The notes below the pieces were generated by a model, which did no database searches, had not been told where the DNA came from, and worked only from the letters and a program-made list of their open reading frames with translations. From positions 14,752 to 78,751 of the forward strand of contig JAIYBN010000003.1 in NCBI GenBank assembly GCA_027488515.1: DNA of 64,000 bases, read 5' to 3'. Made by a program: the position numbers and the translations under genes. Below are positions 40,945 to 50,445 of the stretch, in pieces; positions within the stretch are counted from its first letter, which is position 1; each line of letters begins with the position of its first letter. This DNA comes from Pseudomonadota bacterium. Its GTDB lineage: Bacteria; Bdellovibrionota; UBA1018; CAIMNF01.

Positions 40945-41313
40945 GTGGAACAATTCGAATTCATCAAAGTGACCGAGATCGTGAACCAGCTGGGCAATCT
41001 GATCAATCTCCAGCGAATGGACAGGATTCACACATCCATCCGACGTTACCTGGAGGGGGCCCAGAACAAGGTGGGGACCCGGTTGGATTCGAACTTCAAG
41101 AAGGTGCTGAAAGAAGCTTATGACCTGCTCGATGGAGTCAGGGTCGAGATCGAGTCGATTCAGGAGAACATCCTGAAGCTCTTGAAGCCGGTGAAGGCCA
41201 AGAAGAGAAGTCGCCCGATCCCGAAAGTTTCAAAGAGCAAAACCGTAAAGAAGCTCGTCGCTCGACCAAGGCCCAAAGCCAAACGCTCCTCGGCATCCCC
41301 AGCACGCTCCTGA
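40945..41313 (+). CDS. Hypothetical protein with Lys/Arg-rich C-terminal tail
   Basis: Helical N-terminus, histone-like KPVKAKKRS...KAKRSS tail, followed by a terminator. Confidence 0.65.
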   Translation: MEQFEFIKVTEIVNQLGNLINLQRMDRIHTSIRRYLEGAQNKVGTRLDSNFKKVLKEAYDLLDGVRVEIESIQENILKLLKPVKAKKRSRPIPKVSKSKTVKKLVARPRPKAKRSSASPARS

Positions 41314-41327
41314 CGCAAAACAGTCGA

Positions 41328-41354
41328 GCCCCTCCTTTCGAGGGGGTGTTTTCC
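41328..41354 (+). terminator. Probable intrinsic terminator
   Basis: GCCCCTC-CTTTC-GAGGGGG hairpin followed by TGTTTT, 15 nt after the stop. Confidence 0.55.
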
Positions 41355-41373
41355 TTCGAATTAAATATTACTC

Positions 41374-41403
41374 TTGACTAATATTACGTTTAAATAATAT
41401 TAT
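41374..41403 (+). promoter_or_regulatory. Sigma-70 promoter overlapped by ArsR-type operator
   Basis: TTGACT at 41374; TAATATTA-N8-TAATATTA at 41379-41402 (core ATTA-N8-TAAT). Confidence 0.7.
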
Positions 41404-41425
41404 GAACACATTGAGGAAGGTGTTC

Positions 41426-41713
41426 ATGCAAGAAATCATCGAGAAATGTGACGAAGTCAGCGCAGTGCTCAAGTCCTTGTCCCACCCCGTTCGCCTGAAG
41501 GTCCTGTGCCGGGTTCTGGACGGGGAAATCTCCGTGAATGATTTGACCGAGTTCTGTGGAATCGCCCAGTCAGCCATGTCCCAGTTCTTGATCCGGATGC
41601 GTGGGGAGGGGTTGCTGGAATCCCGAAAAGAGGGGACCCATGTGTTTTACCGGATTGCCGATTCCCGCACCAAAAAGCTTTTGAAGTCCATCAGGGAGAT
41701 CTACTGCAAATGA
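41426..41713 (+). CDS. ArsR family persulfide/redox sensor (SqrR/BigR-like)
   Basis: LKSLSHPVRLKVLC...SQFL...YRI...EIYC; the helix-2 Cys and terminal YC pair are typical of SqrR/BigR. Confidence 0.8.
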   Translation: MQEIIEKCDEVSAVLKSLSHPVRLKVLCRVLDGEISVNDLTEFCGIAQSAMSQFLIRMRGEGLLESRKEGTHVFYRIADSRTKKLLKSIREIYCK

Positions 41714-42452
41714 AAACCATTCAGCTCCTGGTTCTGGCGTCAGCACTTCTTCCGGTTCCGGTGTTCGCCACCGAGCGTCTCGAATTCAGCGAGATCTGGA
41801 AACGCGTGAAGGTCGAGTCACCCGAGGTCCGGCCCAGATCTTTTTTTCGCGAATCGGTCAGAGATCGGTAGAGGCTGCTGATTTCGCACCTTCGGCGCTG
41901 AATCACCCCGGAAGCACCAACTTTCTCTCAACCTCATTGGGGATGCAGTGGTCACTGTTCGAAGGTGGGGCCGGTGTGGCTCACCGGAACCTGCAGCATT
42001 CCATGGCCGATATGATGGAGTTGGCCAAAGATCGAACCGAATGGGAAACTTATGTGGAGGCGGCCGGCTCCTACGCAACCATCCTTCATGCCCAATCCAC
42101 GCGCCAAGCAGTCATGGGGCTGGAGTCCCAGGTCCGGCAGGTGTTGGCGAAGTACTCGGTCGGTTCCAAATCGAATCCTGTCGGGTACTCGGGTCTGCTC
42201 GGCTTGAAAAGTCTGCTGAACCGGGCACAGGCGGTGAGCGAACAACTCTGGGTCGAAGGCGAGGGTGCACGCTCCCGGATCAGCTCTCTTGCGAGTTCGA
42301 TCCCTCCTGAATTCGAAGTGAGACCGGAGCCGGTGTCGGTTTTTCTGGCTGTCGCACTCCCTGAGGAGCGTTTGAACTCCACTGACTCCTTGCCGGTGGG
42401 TATCGCAGAGAAGCGCCTGGAGGTCTCCCGGGCTGCTGTCCACCTCCAGCGA
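41710..42452 (+). pseudogene. TolC family outer-membrane efflux protein, frameshifted and truncated
   Basis: Signal peptide ORF 41710-41871 stops early; the TolC-like text IGQRSVEAADFAPSALNHP...QWSLFEGG continues in another frame from ~41832 and ends by fusing to RND sequence at ~42452. Confidence 0.7.
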
Positions 42453-44066
42453 GAGAGTCGCCTGGACCGCCTTTACAGGGCCTTCATGGAGAAGCTGCTC
42501 GGCAGTCGGGGGCGATCCCTTCGCTTCGGGGGTTTGACCGTCCTTTTGTTGCTCGGCTCGTTCTCCTTGCTGATGGTGAAAGCGGTGAAGGTCAAGATGC
42601 TTCCGTTCGACAACAAGAACGAGTTCCAGGTCCTGGTGGACTTCCCGCCCGAGACTCCGGTCCGGAAGAGCATCGAGTCGTCCCAGGAGCTCGCGCGGAA
42701 TCTTCTCAGTCATCCCGAAGTGAAAAAAGTCCAGATCTTCGCAGGTGAGTCGGCACCTTTCTCCTTTTCCGGAATGGTGAAGCATGCCTATCTCAGACAA
42801 AGTGAGGGCCAGGTGGACCTACAGGTGGTCTTGAGTGGAAAAAATGACCGGAAACTTTCAAGCCACCAGATCATCGAAAGTCTCCGCCCTGCGGTCATCG
42901 AATTCGGACTCAAACACCGGGCGGTCACCAAGGTTCTCGAGATCCCCCCCGGCCCACCGGTCATGGCGACCATGTTGGCCGAGGTTTACGGTCCGACACC
43001 CGAATCAAGACGCCAGGTCACCCGGGAACTCGAAGAGATCTTCCGCTCCAAGTCGAGTGTGGTCGACCTTGATACGACAAATCGTGAGCTGAAACAGCGC
43101 AAAGTTTATGCATTTGACCGGACGCAAGGCGGTCTCCTCGGCTCCAGTGCGGCTTCGATGGCGGGGCTCGGGTCCTATGTGTTCTCAGAGTCCCGGGTCG
43201 GCTTGTTGAATGAGTCGGCACATCCGGAGGAGATCGGGATCGACCTTTCGGTGAAGCAGGACGTGCGTTCGAGTGAGCGCCCCTTCCAAGGTCAGACCAT
43301 TCCCTCGTTCGAGTCCGGTTCGGTCCAGGCCTCATCTTTGGTGCGTGCCCCCGAGTTGCTCTCGAATCCCGTACTCTACAGGAAGAATCTGAAGCCGGTG
43401 TCTTATGTGATGAGCGAGCTTTCCGGATCAGAGGAAGCTCCTGTTTACGGCATGTTGAAGCTCGCTCCGAAAATCAAGTACCCGACCCAAACCGCCGAAG
43501 TGCCATGGGATACCGAGAGTCCGGTGATCAAGTGGGATGGAGAGTGGTTCATCACTTATGAGGTTTTCCGTGACCTCGGGGGAGCCTTCGCCGTGGTGAT
43601 TGTTCTCATCTATGTGCTGGTTCTCGGTTGGTTCCGGAGCTACCTGGTTCCGTTGGTGATCATGGCACCGATCCCGATCAGCTTGATCGGAATCCTCCCC
43701 GGACATGCCATGCTCGGGGCGTACTTCACCGCCACCTCGATGATCGGATTCATCGCCGGTGCCGGGATCATCGTGCGTAACTCGATCATTCTGGTGGACT
43801 TCATTGAACATCAAATGAAGTCGGGTATGCCTGTCAAGGAGGCGGTCATCAGTGCCGGGGTGCTCCGGTTCAGACCCATGTTGCTGACCGCTGCCGCCGT
43901 GGTGGTCGGGAGTTCGGTGATGCTCGCCGACCCGATTTTTCAAGGTTTGGCGGTGAGCCTCATGTTCGGCGAGATCGCCGCAACGGTGCTCAGTCGCTTT
44001 GCAGTACCAGTGCTTTACTACTGGTTTTTAGGGAATATCAGAAAGGGACAAATTCATGAAAATTGA
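42453..44066 (+). pseudogene. RND permease (AcrB/CusA family), C-terminal half only, fused in frame to the TolC remnant (ORF 41937-44066)
   Basis: VKMLPFDNKNEFQV, PPGPPV, WDGEWFITYEVFRDLG, GIIVRNSIILVDF, RFRPMLLT; TM1-6 and first periplasmic domain absent. Confidence 0.75.
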
Positions 44067-44247
44067 CTATCAGATCAGAATCTTCGCGGGAACCTTCATT
44101 CTGGCCAGTTTGCTCTTGAGTCACTTCCACAATCCGAACTGGATCTACTTCACCGCATTTGTCGGTCTGAACCTGATCCAATCGGCCATCACTTGCTTCT
44201 GTCCGATGGAAATTCTGCTCCGGAAACTGCAGCCCGGCAGGGAGTGA
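44056..44247 (+). CDS. DUF2892 / YgaP-like small membrane protein
   Basis: RIFAG...FVGLNLIQSAITCFCPM motif. Confidence 0.85.
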   Translation: MKIDYQIRIFAGTFILASLLLSHFHNPNWIYFTAFVGLNLIQSAITCFCPMEILLRKLQPGRE

Positions 44248-44258
44248 TCCTTTCCGAA

Positions 44259-44903
44259 TCACTTTCGGGCACGGTATTCCCTGAGGATTCTCTCTATTTC
44301 GACTGCTTCTGGATCCTCCGGGGCCTGCCTCATCAGGGATTCCAGGCTCGATACCGCCAATTCGTGATCCGGTGACTGTGAGTCGAGAAGGATACTCGAG
44401 GTCACCTGGATAGCCAGGCGGTTCACTTCGCGGAGAACGGCTTTGTTTCGCTCCGTCTGGTGGATGAATTCAATCGTAGCCAAGAAGCCCGGAAGATCGG
44501 CGTCGACAGCGATTCGCTGTAAGAAGTTCGAGCCCTCCCGTTCAATTCCCTCGTGGATCCACTGCTGCCACTCCGACCTTGATCCGAATTCCAGAGGGTC
44601 CCCTGAATTCAGATGCACCTTGACGGTTTCGTTCGTAGGGGCGTGGGGCCGGGCGGGGAGGTTTTTTCTTCCTGACCAGAAGGTTCTGGGACTCGGTCCG
44701 GTTGCAGGTGGGGAAGGTGGAGGCTCGTTCAACCGGGTGCGGGAATCGTGCCTCGCCAGTTCCGGGTGCTCGGTCAGGGTCTGGGCGAATTCGAGGACGA
44801 TCGCAGAGCGTTCCTCCTCGTTCTTTTTCGGAGAGGTGTGTAACAGAGGCCAGCCGATGGCAGACAGGAGCAAGGTCAAGAAAATGGCGGTTCCCCAAGG
44901 CAT
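44259..44903 (-). CDS. Hypothetical membrane-anchored protein
   Basis: N-terminal TM, Pro-rich linker, helical C-domain. Confidence 0.55.
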   Translation of the reverse strand: MPWGTAIFLTLLLSAIGWPLLHTSPKKNEEERSAIVLEFAQTLTEHPELARHDSRTRLNEPPPSPPATGPSPRTFWSGRKNLPARPHAPTNETVKVHLNSGDPLEFGSRSEWQQWIHEGIEREGSNFLQRIAVDADLPGFLATIEFIHQTERNKAVLREVNRLAIQVTSSILLDSQSPDHELAVSSLESLMRQAPEDPEAVEIERILREYRARK

Positions 44904-44992
44904 TTGAAGGTCAGTTTATGTTCGGTCGGGGGACAAGTTCAACTCGCGATTCATCGGAGGAAAGGTAAAATGTCAGACTGAGGGTGGGTCGC

Positions 44993-47164
44993 ATGCACAA
45001 ACGGATGAAGTGGGTGGTTCTCGGGCTCTTGTTGGTTCAAACGCAAGTCCTGGCAAGGCAGAAGAACCCCGATGATTTACAGGGATATTGGCGAAGGACC
45101 TTTTCGGACGAGTTTCAGGGCCCACCCCCCGGGATGCCTCTCAAAGAGGTTCAGAAATGTTACCAGACGCCTCCCCGTTGTATCGACATCTTCAACAATT
45201 GGGACCTTGCCTGTTCCTCCGATCCGATACGGACATTTCCGAAACTCTCGATGTTGAACAAATGTGTCTGGAACGTACACCGGAGTGTGAATTGGATGTC
45301 TCCACAGGTGAACGAGTTCACTGCAGACCAGGTCGAGGTGCGTCCGAACGAGGATAACGGGATTCTGGTCCTGAAGGGGAACTCTTACCTGGCGAATGGA
45401 AATCCGCGCCCACGCGGGGGCTCGAGTGGTACCGACTTCGGTGATTTCAACCAGTACAAACAGTGGATGAACTCCCAAGGTTATGACTGCGTCGGTCCGA
45501 AAAATGAAGGTCAGTCGAACCCGGCACTCCGGAAGTGCCCGATCCATTCCGGACTGGTGACTTCAATTTCCCGTCCCGGTCGCAGTTGGCCCGGGTTTTT
45601 CCAGCAGTACGGACTCATCCAGGTACGCGGCACGATTGCGAACGGGGATCAGGCATGGCCCGCTTACTGGATGTTGCCCGATAACACCTGGCCCGGTGGA
45701 GGTGAGTTCGATCTGATGGAGTCGTGGAACGAGAACATGGCTTCCCAGACTTTTCATACCGGGGTTTGTATTCCGAATGGCGAAGAGGACCTGTTTCCTG
45801 ATTCCTGTACGTCTGCAAACGGGAGGGCCCGATGGCACCTGTCCAAGGGTGAGGACATGGTTCATGAGGACACTCCCACTGGCCGGAGCTTTTTCACGAG
45901 CTATCACAATTTCAGTCTCGAATGGGATGCGAACCGGATCACCTTCCGGACCGACGGCGCGAAGACCAACCAGATCTCGGAAGGGGACAAGATCCACGGA
46001 AAATCGGATGCTCGGACTTTCTGGGATGAAGTCACAGGGAAAGACAACAAAGCAGCGCACATCCCGAGACGGCCCTTTTATTTCTTGCTGAACCACACGG
46101 TCGGTGGTCCGGAGAAAGGGCCGAACCCAGTCAATTTCAGCGAGCAAACGCTGAAAATCGATTATGTCAGGGCTTGGCAGAAGTGTTCACTCGCATCAGA
46201 TTATTGTCCGAACGGGGGAACGTTCGGGAATGACGGAATGTGTACCGGCCCGGGCGCGCAGTACGTCTCACCTTGTACCCGATGTCTTTTTGGTGGGACG
46301 GGTGGAAATCCGAACTGTCAGGTGAAAACATTCGATCGGCCTGAGTTCAATCCCGGAGTGAGTTACTGGGTGGATGCGAATCCACGCTGGCCTGGGGTGT
46401 ATTACAAGAAGCTCAATGGTGCTTGTCCTGCCGGAGGATCCCCGACAGATGGCAATTGTCAGGTCAAAACCTTCGTGAGTGCGGTCGCCCATGTGCCGGT
46501 ACCCGGCGTGAACTATTGGGTGGATTCGAACCCGGGCTGGCCCGGCATTTATTACAAGCAAGTGAGTGGCAGTTGCGTGTACGGAGGTGTCAACTCCGGG
46601 AACGGGAATTGCCAGTGGAGGACGCTTACGGGTCTCAAATCGGGAGTTCAGTATTGGGTTGATGGAAATCCCCGTTGGCCCGGAGTCTACTACAAAGGGG
46701 TATCGGGTTCTTGTCCGCACGGTGGCACACCGAGTGGAAACGGGAATTGTCAGCTTCGATCCTTTGCCGTTCCGGCTTCAGTCGGAGTCGCTCTCAATCC
46801 CGGTGTCCAGTATTGGATGAATCCGGATCCTCGCTGGCCCGGAGTTTACTACAAGCAACTGTCCGGAACTTGTCCCGTAGGGGGAGTGGTGAGTGGAAAT
46901 GGAAATTGCCAGCTGATCGCTTACCCCGTGACGAATCAACCGTATCTGGTGAAGGGACAGAGCTACTGGGTCGATGCCGATCCTCGCTGGCCCGGAGTGT
47001 ATTACCGACAAATCGACGGAACCTGTCGCTACGGGGGCGTCCGCTCAGGGAGTGGAAACTGCCAACTCATGACCTTTGCGACCGGGGTCCTCGAAGAGCA
47101 GGTCCTCTACTTCGTCGATTCCGACCCGCGCTGGCCCGGAGTGTTTTACCGCGCGACTTATTGA
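44993..47164 (+). CDS. Secreted GH16 glycoside hydrolase with six C-terminal Cys/Trp-rich repeats
   Basis: FSDEF, WPAYWMLP, WPGGGEFDLME (ExDxxE catalytic motif), YHNFSLEW, IDYVRAWQ. Confidence 0.88.
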   Translation: MHKRMKWVVLGLLLVQTQVLARQKNPDDLQGYWRRTFSDEFQGPPPGMPLKEVQKCYQTPPRCIDIFNNWDLACSSDPIRTFPKLSMLNKCVWNVHRSVNWMSPQVNEFTADQVEVRPNEDNGILVLKGNSYLANGNPRPRGGSSGTDFGDFNQYKQWMNSQGYDCVGPKNEGQSNPALRKCPIHSGLVTSISRPGRSWPGFFQQYGLIQVRGTIANGDQAWPAYWMLPDNTWPGGGEFDLMESWNENMASQTFHTGVCIPNGEEDLFPDSCTSANGRARWHLSKGEDMVHEDTPTGRSFFTSYHNFSLEWDANRITFRTDGAKTNQISEGDKIHGKSDARTFWDEVTGKDNKAAHIPRRPFYFLLNHTVGGPEKGPNPVNFSEQTLKIDYVRAWQKCSLASDYCPNGGTFGNDGMCTGPGAQYVSPCTRCLFGGTGGNPNCQVKTFDRPEFNPGVSYWVDANPRWPGVYYKKLNGACPAGGSPTDGNCQVKTFVSAVAHVPVPGVNYWVDSNPGWPGIYYKQVSGSCVYGGVNSGNGNCQWRTLTGLKSGVQYWVDGNPRWPGVYYKGVSGSCPHGGTPSGNGNCQLRSFAVPASVGVALNPGVQYWMNPDPRWPGVYYKQLSGTCPVGGVVSGNGNCQLIAYPVTNQPYLVKGQSYWVDADPRWPGVYYRQIDGTCRYGGVRSGSGNCQLMTFATGVLEEQVLYFVDSDPRWPGVFYRATY
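46283..47161 (+). repeat. Six tandem 46-53-aa coding repeats
   Basis: Consensus C-x2-GG-x4/5-GNCQ-x8/16-GVxYWVDxxPRWPGVYYK. Confidence 0.9.
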
Positions 47165-48117
47165 GGAGCTCTTTCCGGTAGGGAGAGGCCTCCCGAAGCC
47201 AGCAGCGCCATCAAGAAGTGAAAGAGAGGCAGATGCCGCCGCATGGCCCGCTTTTGCCGGTGCGGTTTGACGGGATTGAAGGGGCCAAGCAAGCTGAAGA
47301 GTTGGAGAGGGTTCTTCCTCACCCAGTTCCAGGAGCCCATTTCCAGGGTGAGAGGCAGGAAGTTCTTCTGTCCGTGAGTCAAGTACAGGTGATCCCACAC
47401 GTCTCCGTGGGTGGTGTAGTGAAGCGCCTGGGGCTCGATCTTGTAAACATGATGGGGAAGTGCCCGGTTCAGCAGGGCCTCGAAAACCCGGACTTGCTCG
47501 AGTGAGGGGAAGGGCGCTTTGGAATGTGCGTAGGGGTACCAGAGCTGATCCTGATTTCCGAAGCCTGAGTGAAGATCAAGCGCCAGGGTGTAAGGTGAGG
47601 CCTTCAGCACCGAGCGAAGGGACTCCACCAGGGCCCGGGCCTCGGGTTCCATTCCGGATTCAGTTTGCGACAGATTGCCGCGGTACCAGGGGAGACGGGG
47701 AGACCAGTGGTGCCCACCGACGGCAAAGGTCGCGTCGTCGGCTTGCACGGGCGCGTTTCGCATGAGATCGACTCCGTTACCGTTCGATCGGGTGAACCGG
47801 AGCCGACCTACCGGATTCACCAAGGGAATGAAAACCAGCTGAAGGTGATCGAGTGTGGAGTGGAGGGTTGAATCCCAGTCCCATCGCCCCGCCAAAGTTT
47901 CCATGAATGAGACGGCAACATCGGTACCGATCCGCTCCAGTCCGTGGACGCCACCGGTGATGACCAGGGCAGGGTCGGTGGGTCGGGTGCTTCCCGCCCG
48001 GAACTCGAGAATGGGAATTGCTTTTTCACCATGTCGGACTTCGGCCAGACACCTGACTGACCCGATCCGGTCCCAGGTGGATTGAAGGTGATTCAGTGGT
48101 TCGAGTGATGGATGCAT
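47158..48117 (-). CDS. M14 family zinc carboxypeptidase-like protein
   Basis: GGVHGLE (HxxE), RSNGNGVDLMRN, DLHSG, LTLEMG. Confidence 0.85.
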   Translation of the reverse strand: MHPSLEPLNHLQSTWDRIGSVRCLAEVRHGEKAIPILEFRAGSTRPTDPALVITGGVHGLERIGTDVAVSFMETLAGRWDWDSTLHSTLDHLQLVFIPLVNPVGRLRFTRSNGNGVDLMRNAPVQADDATFAVGGHHWSPRLPWYRGNLSQTESGMEPEARALVESLRSVLKASPYTLALDLHSGFGNQDQLWYPYAHSKAPFPSLEQVRVFEALLNRALPHHVYKIEPQALHYTTHGDVWDHLYLTHGQKNFLPLTLEMGSWNWVRKNPLQLFSLLGPFNPVKPHRQKRAMRRHLPLFHFLMALLASGGLSLPERAPQ

Positions 48118-48859
48118 GAGTGAACTTTACCGCAGAATGGCAACGGGTCGCGAGTGATTTACGGTCTTCCATCCTACTGTCGAAGGATTCGATGAAGTTG
48201 AATTCGCTGACGGTGAATCCATCCTTTTGACACAATGTCCAGAGGTGTTGAAAAAACTCGTGATCCCCGTGGTAGGCGATTCCCGGGTGACGGTGGAGCA
48301 GGCAAAAGGCGTGGGTCGAGGATCCAGAGTCGACCGCAGATTGAAACAAGGCCGGACGGAACGGCAGGACTTCCCGGCCAGAGCTCGAGGTGCCTTCGGG
48401 AAACAAAATCAAGGGGATTCCGGTCTGCAGAATGACCCGGAGTTCCCTTGTTTCTTGATCCAAGTGATCCCTGGATCGCCTCTCGACATGCGCGCACCCC
48501 GCCAAGCGCGTGATCCAGCCGAGAACGGGCGTGTTCCGCACTTCAACCGAGGTCACAAAAGAAGCAGGAAAGACCGAGGCGATCACGAGTACATCGACGT
48601 ATGACAAGTGGTTGCCCACCCAAAGTCCGGAAGACACCGGACCCTGCACATTCGACTTTACGCGGATTTCAAGAAGCCGGAGAGCCCGACGGCTGTAGCG
48701 GGAAATCGACTCGCAACGCAATCGATGCAATTCGAATTGCGAGATTCTGAAAATCCTGGCCCAAAATGCGCGCATCATCCCTTCCACGATGAACGCCAGG
48801 AAGAGGCCCAACATCAGGATGAATTTAAGCGTTCCCTTGGAGGCTGAAACGACGTTCAT
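48026..48859 (-). CDS. olsA: Lysophospholipid acyltransferase (PlsC family), probable lyso-ornithine-lipid acyltransferase
   Basis: NHLSYVD and FPEGTS motifs; directly downstream of an OlsB-like gene. Confidence 0.75.
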   Translation of the reverse strand: MNVVSASKGTLKFILMLGLFLAFIVEGMMRAFWARIFRISQFELHRLRCESISRYSRRALRLLEIRVKSNVQGPVSSGLWVGNHLSYVDVLVIASVFPASFVTSVEVRNTPVLGWITRLAGCAHVERRSRDHLDQETRELRVILQTGIPLILFPEGTSSSGREVLPFRPALFQSAVDSGSSTHAFCLLHRHPGIAYHGDHEFFQHLWTLCQKDGFTVSEFNFIESFDSRMEDRKSLATRCHSAVKFTHASITRTTESPSIHLGPDRVSQVSGRSPTW

Positions 48860-49625
48860 ACCCTGCCTCCATCCGGCTCAGGTCCAGGACAGTGAAAAAA
48901 TCAACGCACTCGAATTCGCGATCGTAGGCCCCTGAGCCGTAAACTTTTGCCCCCGCTTTGAAGTAGGTCCGGAGCAGGGGAGGCGTCTCGACCCGGGAAA
49001 GGTCCGGAATGGTGACGGAATCATCCTCTTCAAATTGATAGGGAGACTTGGGAGAAATGGACCACTCGTCTCCCACCTTGTCTTGAGTCGCCCAAAGTTC
49101 GAGGAGTGCGTCGTTTTCCGCACGGGAGCGGATCTTCACACTCGAGCACCCGAAGAGGTACCGGATTCCCGAGCTCTTCGCATAGTGGACGATTCCCCGC
49201 CACAAGAGTCCGAGCGTGGCACCGTTCCGGTGGTCCGGATGGATGCAGGCGCGGCCGAGTTCTAGCTTCGATCCGGGCGAACGGATGAATTCGTCGATTT
49301 CAAATTCAGTTCCTGAATAGAATTCTTCACTCTGCCGGGTTGAAATGAGCCGATAGGTACCGATCCACTCTCCCGATTCTTTACACTCGATCGCGAGATG
49401 GTCGGCAACGAAATCAAAGCGGTCCACATCGAGTCCGCTCGGAGGGGCGACCCGGCCGTACTCCAAGCTGAACAGACGCGAGCGGAGCTCGAGGACGCGG
49501 ATCAGGTCCGGAAATGAATCGATCGTTTTGAGCCGGTAGCGGGAAGTCTCCAACTCGATGGGTTGCCAGGGTGAAAGAGAGCGTGAGTTGGTGGGCGGGG
49601 TGTGGAGTGGTGAAGTGAGATTCAT
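48825..49625 (-). CDS. olsB: GNAT N-acyltransferase, probable ornithine-lipid N-acyltransferase
   Basis: LDVDRFD, IGTYRL, YSGTEF, LELGRACIHPDHR, LWRGI, YLFGCSS, PPLLRTY, DREF..VD. Confidence 0.8.
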   Translation of the reverse strand: MNLTSPLHTPPTNSRSLSPWQPIELETSRYRLKTIDSFPDLIRVLELRSRLFSLEYGRVAPPSGLDVDRFDFVADHLAIECKESGEWIGTYRLISTRQSEEFYSGTEFEIDEFIRSPGSKLELGRACIHPDHRNGATLGLLWRGIVHYAKSSGIRYLFGCSSVKIRSRAENDALLELWATQDKVGDEWSISPKSPYQFEEDDSVTIPDLSRVETPPLLRTYFKAGAKVYGSGAYDREFECVDFFTVLDLSRMEAGYERRFSLQGNA

Positions 49626-49658
49626 GACTTCATATTAGTCACGAACGCTCCCGCTTTT

Positions 49659-49687
49659 GTGTCCGGACCTTGACAGGGATCTGTCAG
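49659..49687 (-). promoter_or_regulatory. Pho-box-like site upstream of olsB
   Basis: CTGACAG-N4-CTGTCAA-N4-CGGACAC (11-bp period); -10 TAATAT 6 nt before ATG. Confidence 0.55.
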
Positions 49688-50445
49688 GATTCGGTCAGGG
49701 CCGGATCTTGCGGAAAACGACAGGTGAAGGTGGTGCCTTGACCCGGCGAGCTGTCCACTTCGACGGTACCCTGGTGCCGTTGCAAAATGTGCTTCACGAT
49801 GGAGAGTCCGAGCCCCGTACCGCCGAGATCTCTGGAGCGTCCTTTGTCGACACGGTAAAAACGTTCGAACAAACGATCCAGATGTTTCTTCTGAATCCCC
49901 GGTCCGTTGTCAGAAACCCGGAGCAGGACGGCTTTGCCATCGGGAGTGGACTCCTCGCTCCAGACAATCCGGATCAACGAGCGGTTCGGGCAGTACTTGA
50001 TCGCATTTTCAACCAGATTGACCAGAACTTGCTCGGTGCGTTTCGGATCGGCAAACAGTTTCGAGCACTGGATTTCCAGGCTGATGGAGCTCGATTTCTG
50101 CTGTGCCTCCCGGTTCAGTACATCCAGCACCGTGGCGTTGAATTCTTTCAAGTCGATCCAAGCGGGTTGAAGGTGGTCCGCTCCGGACTCGATCGCCGAA
50201 AGATCGAGCAAGTCATTGATGAGGGCCAGCAGGCGATTCGAGTTCTTCAGGATGATCTGGAGAAATTCAGGATCGATCGCACGTCCGACTTGGAGGTCTT
50301 CGATGAGTGTTTCCGTATAACCCTTGATACTTGTCAAGGGAGTGCGCAGCTCGTGACTGACGTTGGCCACAAAGTCGATACGCATTTTTTCTGCGCTCTT
50401 CAAAGCGGCGATCACATGAGCGTCATTGGAAGGGGTTTTCTTCAT
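49684..50445 (-). CDS. phoR: PhoR-like histidine kinase lacking sensor/TM domains
   Basis: RIDFVANVSHELRTPLTSIKGY, NAIKY, ERFYRVDKGRSRDLGGTGLGLSIVKH; only ~20 aa before the DHp domain. Confidence 0.75.
   Translation of the reverse strand: MKKTPSNDAHVIAALKSAEKMRIDFVANVSHELRTPLTSIKGYTETLIEDLQVGRAIDPEFLQIILKNSNRLLALINDLLDLSAIESGADHLQPAWIDLKEFNATVLDVLNREAQQKSSSISLEIQCSKLFADPKRTEQVLVNLVENAIKYCPNRSLIRIVWSEESTPDGKAVLLRVSDNGPGIQKKHLDRLFERFYRVDKGRSRDLGGTGLGLSIVKHILQRHQGTVEVDSSPGQGTTFTCRFPQDPALTES

Noticed and set aside
46283-47161. Recurring TGGCCCGGAGT DNA repeats as a possible CRISPR array
   Set aside because: Repeats are degenerate at third codon positions, in frame, 140-160 nt apart, and there are no cas genes.
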